Positions 48,833-56,288 of a stretch of 64,000 nucleotides of DNA are shown piece after piece. A program made the position numbers and the translations under genes. The DNA comes from an uncultured virus (IMG/VR IMGVR_UViG_3300042397_001422). Its lineage: Duplodnaviria; Heunggongvirae; Uroviricota; Caudoviricetes. The first letter of the stretch is position 1. Each line of letters begins with the position of its first letter. Location of the stretch: the IMG/VR virus record IMGVR_UViG_3300042397_001422; one strand, written 5' to 3'. Below the pieces are notes generated by a model. It did not search any database. It saw only the letters and a program-made list of their open reading frames with translations, and was not told where the DNA came from.

Positions 48833-49822
48833 ATGTCTATACATATAAATTTAATACCTATGGGTAATTCATATTGGATTACCGCTACTAAGGTTGGTAG
48901 TATCTATTTAAATAATTTTTCAAATTCTGAAAGTGGGTATTTGAGATTATCTTTTTACGAGTATAATCCGGAACATGAACTTGAAAAGGATATGCTAATA
49001 TGTGAGTTACCAAATGGATTTATAGGTAATATAACAATTGAAGATTTTAATCATAATGTAATCACCAATCAATATACACAAGATGATATCATTAATATTT
49101 TTAATAAGGTATCGGTGATTGTAATACGAAACCCAAAAGATAGGTTTCGTTCTGGTATGATTCATAAATTGGCTGAGTTTTTTGTGGAAATTCAAACAGC
49201 ATATATTAATAACACATTAAATAATGTGCAATATCATAGTGAATTTAGTTTTGATTTAACTAACTATCCAATAGATTATAAGTTATTAACAAACCCAACC
49301 GACTCAGTAACCTCATCTATAAATTTTAATGATGAGTGGTCTAAAGAATGGGAAAGGTTTAATGAGTATTTTTTAAACGATTTATTTTTAAAATCAAGAA
49401 TAGATGACGTAATATTATCAGATTTACATACTCAACCAGTATTTCATTTAGCATATTTATTATTACATCAATTTAAAAATTGGGAAACTATTAAAGTAAT
49501 TGATATAAATGATATAGATTCACATCCTGCAATATTTATAGATGAGTTGGGTATTGAAGAGTATACTAATAGATACAATTTATTTCATAATTCAAATCAA
49601 TGGAATGTAAAGAATGCCGACATAGACCATACTAATATGCTTAAACGTGTATCCAATAAACGATTTTATTTCTTTTCAAATTCGATTGAACGATACTTTG
49701 AAACATCCAGTATTTTTTTGTATGAAAAACTAATATTTAATATTCTAAATAAAAAAAATATAAATTATGAAAAAACTATTAATAAAGATATTATACAAAC
49801 TTTGGATAATATTAGTGAATAA
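48833..49822 (+). CDS. sulfotransferase-like paralog
   Basis: TKVGSIY, IRNPKDRFRS, DLHTQP. Confidence 0.55.
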   Translation: MSIHINLIPMGNSYWITATKVGSIYLNNFSNSESGYLRLSFYEYNPEHELEKDMLICELPNGFIGNITIEDFNHNVITNQYTQDDIINIFNKVSVIVIRNPKDRFRSGMIHKLAEFFVEIQTAYINNTLNNVQYHSEFSFDLTNYPIDYKLLTNPTDSVTSSINFNDEWSKEWERFNEYFLNDLFLKSRIDDVILSDLHTQPVFHLAYLLLHQFKNWETIKVIDINDIDSHPAIFIDELGIEEYTNRYNLFHNSNQWNVKNADIDHTNMLKRVSNKRFYFFSNSIERYFETSSIFLYEKLIFNILNKKNINYEKTINKDIIQTLDNISE

Positions 49823-49885
49823 AAATTTATTTCCTAAATTGTGTGAAAAACTCAATTTATATATAAACACACTAGAATCAAAATA

Positions 49886-50692
49886 ATGCAATCAATATTA
49901 TTTAGTGGGAGTTCGTTTACACAAGGTATTGGATTAGAATTGGAGTTATCCAAAAGATTTAATGATTCTGATTGGTTAAAGCAAAATGGAGTAGTATTGC
50001 CACATCAATGGTGTAACGAAGATTTTAATAATATACGAAAGTTCCGTTGGTCTAAATTAGTTTGTAACGAATTGGGTTATAATGAAATTGTTGGTAATGA
50101 TACCCATAAAGATTGGATGTATAATTCAACGGATATATTATCTAAATTATTAGATACTAATTCAACGGATATAAATCATATAAAACATATTATTATTGAA
50201 CCACAAATGTTGCGGTTTATATCCAAAGATAAAGTACAATATACACCAACCGAAATGGTTCACCTATTAGGTGACCCAAAAACTGACCCTGTATTGAGAG
50301 AACAAATTCATGGATTCATTGAAACATTTGATGAAGAACAATCCGCAAAGGATTATATAGATTTATTTTGTTCGGTAAGAGATAAACACCCACACATACA
50401 TTTTCATTTACTATTGATGTATGCATTCATACCCGTCATTTCAAAGGAATTCGAAGAAAAAATAGAAAATAATATAATAACTATGACTATTAATGGTCAA
50501 ACTTCTACTAATATTCACACCTTACTAACTAACAATAAATTATTAATAAGGGATAATGCGTTTTGTTATACCCATAACGAAGGTAACTGGGATGAAGGTG
50601 GTTATCAAGATTTACACCCATCAGTAGAAGGTCATCAAATTATGGCAGAAAATATTATAAATCGTATATTTAAAATAGATTCACAAATATAA
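49886..50692 (+). CDS. SGNH/GDSL-like paralog
   Basis: SGSSFTQG, DLHPS.EGH. Confidence 0.6.
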   Translation: MQSILFSGSSFTQGIGLELELSKRFNDSDWLKQNGVVLPHQWCNEDFNNIRKFRWSKLVCNELGYNEIVGNDTHKDWMYNSTDILSKLLDTNSTDINHIKHIIIEPQMLRFISKDKVQYTPTEMVHLLGDPKTDPVLREQIHGFIETFDEEQSAKDYIDLFCSVRDKHPHIHFHLLLMYAFIPVISKEFEEKIENNIITMTINGQTSTNIHTLLTNNKLLIRDNAFCYTHNEGNWDEGGYQDLHPSVEGHQIMAENIINRIFKIDSQI

Positions 50693-50701
50693 AAATAAGT
50701 T

Positions 50702-50884
50702 ATGAACACAAATTCCAAACCCATCCCACGTAGATTCGAAAGACAACTACTACCATTGCAAAATGAGTTACATCTGAAAAAATCAGATAAAGAGTTATTA
50801 GAATATCAATTGAATAAATTGAATATTGAGATTGACCAATTAGAGCATCAAATCGAAACTATCCAAAAAGAAATTGAAGCGTGA
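50702..50884 (+). CDS. coiled-coil hypothetical protein
   Basis: Heptad Leu pattern. Confidence 0.5.
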   Translation: MNTNSKPIPRRFERQLLPLQNELHLKKSDKELLEYQLNKLNIEIDQLEHQIETIQKEIEA

Positions 50885-51185
50885 GGATTACTTAACGAAA
50901 ACCTTTCCATTGAGTGATGGAACGACCTACACACAAAACATAGACAAACACATGGGAGTATATGAAGATGGTAACAATAGAGTTTACCAATTGCAAATCC
51001 TTAATATACAAGGAGATAATGAAAGATTAAAAGCAGAGATTCAACAATTACATGCGGAAGCAGTAGAGTTGAGAGATGAGATTCGTCAATTAAGAGAAGA
51101 TGCAGAAAGATGGAGAAACCATCAAGAATTTGTTTCTCAATATATACCTTATTCAACCGGTGATGATACTGAATTTTTATTGTAA
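50874..51185 (+). CDS. coiled-coil hypothetical protein
   Basis: ORF; start uncertain. Confidence 0.55.
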   Translation: MKREDYLTKTFPLSDGTTYTQNIDKHMGVYEDGNNRVYQLQILNIQGDNERLKAEIQQLHAEAVELRDEIRQLREDAERWRNHQEFVSQYIPYSTGDDTEFLL

Positions 51186-51341
51186 CCCATATGGCACGAA
51201 TAGACCCCAATAATATAGAGAAGTGGGAGTATACCGAAACTCCTGTAAAAATAAAATTAAAACCCCGTCCAAAAACTAAAGAGGCAACTGATAAGAAAAA
51301 AGATACATGGATAGGAGTTAACAAAAAACAACGATGGTAAT

Positions 51342-51533
51342 ATGAAAAAATATTATAGAAGTGAATTGGATAAAAAGATATGGGGAGTATGTAGTGGATT
51401 AGCAAGATACACTAATAGTGATGTTGCAATTTGGAGAGTATTATTTCTCGCATCGATATTCACACCATTTCCGGCAATCCTATTTTATTGTATTGCAACC
51501 ATAGTAACGGAATCAATTGAGTATTTAGATTAA
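51342..51533 (+). CDS. pspC: PspC domain protein
   Basis: YRS..DKKIWGVCSGLARY..D..WR followed by TM. Confidence 0.85.
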   Translation: MKKYYRSELDKKIWGVCSGLARYTNSDVAIWRVLFLASIFTPFPAILFYCIATIVTESIEYLD

Positions 51534-51581
51534 ACCCCAATTGGTCTAACTAATACGAAGGCCGCAACGAATCCGACCGGT

Positions 51582-51695
51582 ATGATAAAGAATAAAAAAG
51601 AATATAAGAGGGATGGGGAATATGCAATGAGGGCAGTAGTGGTAGTATTGATAATATCTTTACTACTAATGTTTTTAACCCCACTCAATCCGTAA
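51582..51695 (+). CDS. 37-aa single-TM peptide
   Basis: MIKNKKEYKRDGEYAMRAVVVVLIISLLLMFLTPLNP; flanked by complementary arms. Confidence 0.45.
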   Translation: MIKNKKEYKRDGEYAMRAVVVVLIISLLLMFLTPLNP

Positions 51696-51938
51696 CATCG
51701 ATTTGGTCAATTCGTTCGGCCGGAGTCGTCAACTAGGATTTTTTTGATAGTAATATGAATGTAAGTATAAACGATATTAAAGAAATAGGAGTACAACATG
51801 GTATCCTATTAAGTGAGGAGCAACTCCATAAGGTACTAAGTGAATACAATAGAATAGTAATGGATAAAGCGGAAAGTTGGGATGAGTTAATAAACCACCT
51901 AATCATAAATCTAAAAGAACAAAATAAATAATAAGGTT

Positions 51939-52133
51939 ATGAAATGGCTAGTAAAATTTGTAGAGAATCACTTATGGTTCGTAGAGAGGAGTAATCAATT
52001 TATGAGAGGAACGCCTCGAATCCAATACCTCCTTCGATATCCCCTTGCATGGGTAAGATTTATGTACTCCGCGATGGGAAGGGATGCGAAGGAATTAACG
52101 ACACGTAAAAGGAATAGGAATACACATGGGTAA
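51939..52133 (+). CDS. hypothetical protein
   Basis: ORF with A-rich leader. Confidence 0.45.
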   Translation: MKWLVKFVENHLWFVERSNQFMRGTPRIQYLLRYPLAWVRFMYSAMGRDAKELTTRKRNRNTHG

Positions 52134-52297
52134 ACAAAACGAACTATGTACGATATGTGGGACACTCATTCAAATCGTAGGGGAATGTCCGACGTGTTGG
52201 GAGAGGTCAAATAAATAAGGAATTGCGTAACACTAAAGAGGATAATGACTCACATAGTAGTAACTAAGTAGGGGATACACATCAATGGGACAAGGAT

Positions 52298-52335
52298 AAG
52301 GATACACTCAGATGAAATGAGGATATCCTTTTTTT
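52298..52335 (+). terminator. possible terminator
   Basis: AAGGATA..CTCA-GATGAAA-TGAG..TATCCTT followed by T run. Confidence 0.45.
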
Positions 52336-52411
52336 ATGTCCATACGATAGGACACCCAGTACACACAATAAGGATAGCGTAGGGAGTCCACATAGTATAA
52401 AAGAAAGAGTA

Positions 52412-52625
52412 CACACCCTTCACTCATGGTATTTAGCTCACACTGCTGGGGGTACTCGAGAGTGCTGAGAGGTGAGGATATCGAGGGGTTTTAAGGGGAT
52501 TCTATGCCCATGCGGTGAAATTATACCACCCCATTGGAGTTAACCCCTCGATATCCTCCTAAGCGGGTCTTATCACTATTGTGGATGGGGCTTCTTAGTT
52601 AAGTAGTTGCACAATGAAGGGCGTG
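52412..52625. other. multibranch structured element (ncRNA or ssDNA structure)
   Basis: Perfect 17-bp inverted repeat 52474-52490/52542-52558; closing stem 52412-52422/52615-52625. Confidence 0.5.
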
Positions 52626-52740
52626 GAACAATAATTTATGACACATTTTCCCACAACCTCCCACCCTATGACACTATATCCATATATACTCATAGCCACT
52701 ACACCTTTGTTTGCACATAAAAAAATTTTCTATCGCTTAT

Positions 52741-52781
52741 TTTTACACACGTTATTCACATTTGTATACGAGTTATCCACA
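52741..52781 (+). promoter_or_regulatory. DnaA-box cluster
   Basis: TTTTACACA, TTATTCACA and TTATCCACA all match TTWTNCACA. Confidence 0.55.
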
Positions 52782-52904
52782 TTTGTGATTCGGACATTAT
52801 GTCATAGTGCCAATTCACTCCGGATTGCAATATCCGCAACGGGATGGGGGATTCCTTGAACGCATTGCAAATCGCTCAAATCGGACACATTGTCATCCTT
52901 TTTA

Positions 52905-52936
52905 TTTGGAAATGTGGATTTTTTTCCGTACCTTTA
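52905..52936 (+). promoter_or_regulatory. Bacteroidota-type promoter
   Basis: TTTG-N20-TACCTTTA. Confidence 0.6.
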
Positions 52937-53103
52937 TAGGGTGGGTGGGCGGAGTGCGTTGGACTGTAACGACCCAGTTTGGTTTCCTTCGTGACTGCAT
53001 AAGGGATTCAGGGTCAATTCGTTATCACATTTGTATTTTATGGGGATTCTTTTGTTATATAATTTGCATTATGTTAACCAGGTTGTATTATTTTGGGAAA
53101 ATA

Positions 53104-53126
53104 AAGCGGTTGATACTCAATCGCTT
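53104..53126. repeat. TTG-N5-CAA palindrome
   Basis: AAGCGGTTG-ATACT-CAATCGCTT. Confidence 0.6.
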
Positions 53127-53168
53127 AGCACTGGAAGACATCCTGTCAGTAAAATAAATGGGAAATAA

Positions 53169-53207
53169 TTTGGAAATGTGAAATATTATGTGTAGATTAG
53201 CTTTATA
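53169..53207 (+). promoter_or_regulatory. phage-variant promoter
   Basis: TTTG-N20-TAGATTAG-CTTTATA. Confidence 0.7.
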
Positions 53208-53219
53208 ACAATGAGAGAT

Positions 53220-53450
53220 ATGAAATACAACCCTAATTCCCTTTACTACCGATTGAATCCAAATCATCTGGAGTATCTATTAAGTACTGAACCTTCTTTT
53301 CCTTATACCATCAGTATGGTACTGGATGAGTTAAGAACCGAAGTCAATTGGACGAGGTTGAGTTATGATAGTGTATGTAACCTAGTGAACTTCCTTTCAC
53401 TATCTGATTACTCTCCTTCTACTATTGATAAACTTTTTACAAACAAATAA
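53220..53450 (+). CDS. hypothetical protein
   Basis: ORF after promoter; start 53211 or 53220. Confidence 0.6.
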   Translation: MKYNPNSLYYRLNPNHLEYLLSTEPSFPYTISMVLDELRTEVNWTRLSYDSVCNLVNFLSLSDYSPSTIDKLFTNK

Positions 53451-53462
53451 ACCCCATATATT

Positions 53463-53894
53463 ATGATTAGTGTAAATAAAACGAATTTGGTCTTTGATGA
53501 TATCGCGAATGAATTGTTCGAAGATAAGTTAATGAGTACCCATTGGAGTGAAGTAAATAAAAGATACTTACTCCGAATCTATCACCCACTAAAGAATGTG
53601 ATGGAGTATCTATCTAAACCGAAGTGGACGAATGTAATCTACGAGATGGGTGAGAGTTCTCCTGGTTATTACTCTTGTGTATATAAGAGTCTTAAAGAGA
53701 TTGGTGTTCTTACCTATAACCCTACTGAACGAATGTTAGAGAAAGGTCCTAATTGGGATAGATTCTATTCTGATGCGGATTGGAGTTGGTTCTATATGAA
53801 TACATCATCTGGTATGAGGTCTTATGAAATCTTTAATAAGGTGGGACATAGAGTCAATAAGAGATATCGTTCTAATTACCGAAACTCTAACTAA
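53463..53894 (+). CDS. hypothetical protein
   Basis: ORF in cassette. Confidence 0.6.
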   Translation: MISVNKTNLVFDDIANELFEDKLMSTHWSEVNKRYLLRIYHPLKNVMEYLSKPKWTNVIYEMGESSPGYYSCVYKSLKEIGVLTYNPTERMLEKGPNWDRFYSDADWSWFYMNTSSGMRSYEIFNKVGHRVNKRYRSNYRNSN

Positions 53895-53925
53895 CTGATA
53901 GTCAGAGAGATTGATTTCAAATAAA

Positions 53926-53964
53926 TTTGGTAGTCTCCCTTATTATTTGTATATTAGCTTTGTA
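53926..53964 (+). promoter_or_regulatory. phage-variant promoter
   Basis: TTTG-N20-TATATTAG-CTTTGTA. Confidence 0.7.
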
Positions 53965-53994
53965 ATGAGAGAGAAACCCCTAACCCCTAATCCT

Positions 53995-54243
53995 ATGAAC
54001 ATAACCCCTAACACTATGAGCCGTCTGAAATCCCTAATGAACCTAGTCAATATCACCGAAGGTGGACCGGGTATGAAACCTAATGAATTTCAAGCGTACT
54101 GCGAACTGGCAGGAATACAAACAGTTTCGTTGGTCACATCCCCTACTGATTTTAATAAAGGGATATACCACGTCACTCTACCTGAATATGGTTACCGATG
54201 TGCGTACGCAGTGAATGGTCAACCGGTCGTAATAACTAATTAA
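53995..54243 (+). CDS. hypothetical protein, paralog of 54260
   Basis: GMKPNEFQAYC..TDFNKGIYHVTLPEY; start uncertain. Confidence 0.6.
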   Translation: MNITPNTMSRLKSLMNLVNITEGGPGMKPNEFQAYCELAGIQTVSLVTSPTDFNKGIYHVTLPEYGYRCAYAVNGQPVVITN

Positions 54244-54259
54244 CCCTAAAAACAAATAT

Positions 54260-54469
54260 ATGAGAGTATCATTAAAAAACTTAATCGCTGCAACTACTGG
54301 TATGAATCCGGTCGAATTCGAAGCCTATTGTGACAATAACCAAATTCAAATCGAATGGTTGGATGTTACCCTAACGGATTTCAATGATGGGTTCTACAAT
54401 GTATCCCTACCCGATTACAACGATATAAACGTATTCGCTAGTAATGGTTCAGCAGTAGAGTTTCCCTAA
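54260..54469 (+). CDS. hypothetical protein, paralog of 53995
   Basis: GMNPVEFEAYC..TDFNDGFYNVSLPDY. Confidence 0.6.
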   Translation: MRVSLKNLIAATTGMNPVEFEAYCDNNQIQIEWLDVTLTDFNDGFYNVSLPDYNDINVFASNGSAVEFP

Positions 54470-54518
54470 CCCATTGGTAGTCAACCCGTTAAGCTAACTC
54501 GTTGATACTCAATCAAGA
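54468..54518. repeat. two tandem TTG-N5-CAA motifs
   Basis: AACCCATTG-GTAGT-CAACCCGTT and AACTCGTTG-ATACT-CAATC. Confidence 0.5.
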
Positions 54519-54542
54519 ACTTTTAAAAAACCAGGTCAATAA

Positions 54543-54581
54543 TTTGGAAATACGGAAAAACTGCCGTATCTTAGCTTTATA
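54543..54581 (+). promoter_or_regulatory. phage-variant promoter
   Basis: TTTG-N20-TATCTTAG-CTTTATA. Confidence 0.7.
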
Positions 54582-54593
54582 ACAATGAGAGAT

Positions 54594-54698
54594 ATGAACA
54601 CACACATTACAATTTTAGAAGCGGTATTAATCGCAGTAGTAACCATCGTTGGATACGCCTTTTTTAAAACCACGTTAGAACACATTAAACACAAGTAA
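54594..54698 (+). CDS. small TM peptide
   Basis: MNTHITILEAVLIAVVTIVGYAFFKTTLEHIKHK. Confidence 0.5.
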   Translation: MNTHITILEAVLIAVVTIVGYAFFKTTLEHIKHK

Positions 54699-54699
54699 T

Positions 54700-54900
54700 A
54701 TGAAATTGAATTTAACCCCTGAACATGTGGAGGTGCTTAAGATAGCCTTATCCGAAATGTTCAATAGTGATACATGGATTAGAGACCGTGAAGAGAGTGA
54801 GATAAATAGAATAGCTGAAAGAGCTGGATATCTATTGGGTGTCATTGAATCACATACTCCACTACCCAAATCCCTATTCACCTTAAACGAAAACCGATAA
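54700..54900 (+). CDS. hypothetical protein
   Basis: ORF in cassette. Confidence 0.55.
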   Translation: MKLNLTPEHVEVLKIALSEMFNSDTWIRDREESEINRIAERAGYLLGVIESHTPLPKSLFTLNENR

Positions 54901-54991
54901 TATGAGTAGACGTATTCAGTCCTATGTGGACGTAATAACAATGGAACAACCTACCCTATGGGAAGTAATCCAAAAAATAGTTACCCAAATA

Positions 54992-55023
54992 TTTGGTAGT
55001 ATCAAATAATTGTCGTATCTTTA
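54992..55023 (+). promoter_or_regulatory. Bacteroidota-type promoter
   Basis: TTTG-N20-TATCTTTA. Confidence 0.65.
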
Positions 55024-55098
55024 CTAAGTAAACAACATTAATAAATGGGGTAAAGGCTGGGACCCCTATTCAACACCGGCCGTTAAATCATAAACACT

Positions 55099-55320
55099 AT
55101 GGCAAAAATGTCAAAGAAAGCAGGGACAACTTCAAAGAAGGCATCTGCAAAGAGAAAAACTCAGTATGAGTCAGTTCAATCAAACATCCAAAAAATCACT
55201 AGCCCTACTGGTAACGTAAGTTACAGAGTACGTGTAGCTGTTGAGGGTGAGAAATTTTCAGTATCTACGAAGTCTTTGAATAAGGCACGTATTGCTAGAA
55301 AAGAATTATTGGCTGCTTAA
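55099..55320 (+). CDS. small basic nucleic-acid-binding protein (AP2-like topology)
   Basis: Lys-rich tail; SYRVRV..G..F..SL.KAR.AR. Confidence 0.55.
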   Translation: MAKMSKKAGTTSKKASAKRKTQYESVQSNIQKITSPTGNVSYRVRVAVEGEKFSVSTKSLNKARIARKELLAA

Positions 55321-55346
55321 TTAGCATCTAATGGTTAGGTAATAAC

Positions 55347-55376
55347 AAATGGGACTGTAATAGGTCCCATTTTTTT
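55347..55376 (+). terminator. intrinsic terminator
   Basis: AAATGGGAC-N8-GTCCCATTT followed by T run. Confidence 0.75.
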
Positions 55377-55386
55377 ACACATTAAA

Positions 55387-55424
55387 TTTGGAAATACGGA
55401 TTTTTATTCGTATCTTAGCTTTAT
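55387..55424 (+). promoter_or_regulatory. phage-variant promoter
   Basis: TTTG-N20-TATCTTAG-CTTTAT. Confidence 0.75.
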
Positions 55425-55642
55425 AAGAATAGGTCATCCGATTGAGTGTTCTCTAGGATGCCGGAAGATATAGTTGTAAATCCCGCGGGTATTACCACAC
55501 GGGTGTCTATTACCCTACTCATAGCTAAGGGGTTGGTTATGAAGTAGTTAAAAAAGGGAGGCCTCTCATTCTCTCCTATCCTGAAATGTTCATTCTGAAC
55601 TACCCATCTCGAGATTAGCCTCCGCGAGATGGGTTATTTTTT
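55425..55642 (+). ncRNA. candidate structured non-coding RNA
   Basis: Lies between its own promoter and terminator; several hairpins; no convincing ORF. Confidence 0.6.
55602..55642 (+). terminator. intrinsic terminator
   Basis: ACCCATCTCG-N13-CGAGATGGGT followed by TATTTTTT. Confidence 0.75.
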
Positions 55643-55675
55643 GCCTAAAATAGTTTAAAAATAAATGGTTAAATA

Positions 55676-55714
55676 TTTGGAAATGTGGATTATTCTTTGT
55701 AGATTAGCTTTATA
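55676..55714 (+). promoter_or_regulatory. phage-variant promoter
   Basis: TTTG-N20-TAGATTAG-CTTTATA. Confidence 0.7.
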
Positions 55715-55727
55715 AACAATGAGAGAT

Positions 55728-56183
55728 ATGACAAATTTAATTGAGTTGACAACAGGAACAATGGCGGGTGGAGTATTCTATGGTACTATCCGTATTAATG
55801 GTAATCGAATCACAGTTGGTAACCTAATGGAAACCGGTGTTGATTATAAGTTCCGAATGATTACTAAAGCAAGAGCTGGATTCCCTATCATTGCAGAAGT
55901 TACTTGTAAGGTGGAGGCGTTACCATACTATCTATCTAAACACACTACCTATGTGGAATTCTTCAAAGAGAGTGAGTTAGGGTATAAGGGGAGTTGGTTC
56001 TCCGTTCTGACTACCAAAGGTGGTAAATGGAATAGTATTGATAAGAGCCTCTTAGAGAGTTTGACAGTAGGTGATATGCATGGTGCGTTCCCTAAGATGG
56101 TTGACTGGAACATATGGAAAGCGATGAACACGAAGTTCCATAGTTGTAAGTCCTTCGTTTACAATACTCCTAAGGCGGCATAA
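55728..56183 (+). CDS. hypothetical protein
   Basis: ORF after promoter; start 55719 or 55728. Confidence 0.65.
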   Translation: MTNLIELTTGTMAGGVFYGTIRINGNRITVGNLMETGVDYKFRMITKARAGFPIIAEVTCKVEALPYYLSKHTTYVEFFKESELGYKGSWFSVLTTKGGKWNSIDKSLLESLTVGDMHGAFPKMVDWNIWKAMNTKFHSCKSFVYNTPKAA

Positions 56184-56220
56184 AATGTTGATAACTTTCT
56201 GAAAAATAATTGGTAAAACA

Positions 56221-56259
56221 TTTGGTAATACCGATTATTCTTCGTATGTTAGCTTTGTA
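56221..56259 (+). promoter_or_regulatory. phage-variant promoter
   Basis: TTTG-N20-TATGTTAG-CTTTGTA. Confidence 0.7.
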
Positions 56260-56288
56260 ATAAGAGATAAACAATTAAAATATAAAAC

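Noticed and set aside
52638..53157. ORFs 52638-52859 and 52807-53157
   Set aside because: Atypical composition; they overlap DnaA boxes, a promoter and palindromes, so the region is more likely non-coding
53150..56270. Repeated promoter elements as a CRISPR array
   Set aside because: Spacing is hundreds of bp, intervals contain genes, repeats are degenerate, and no cas genes are present
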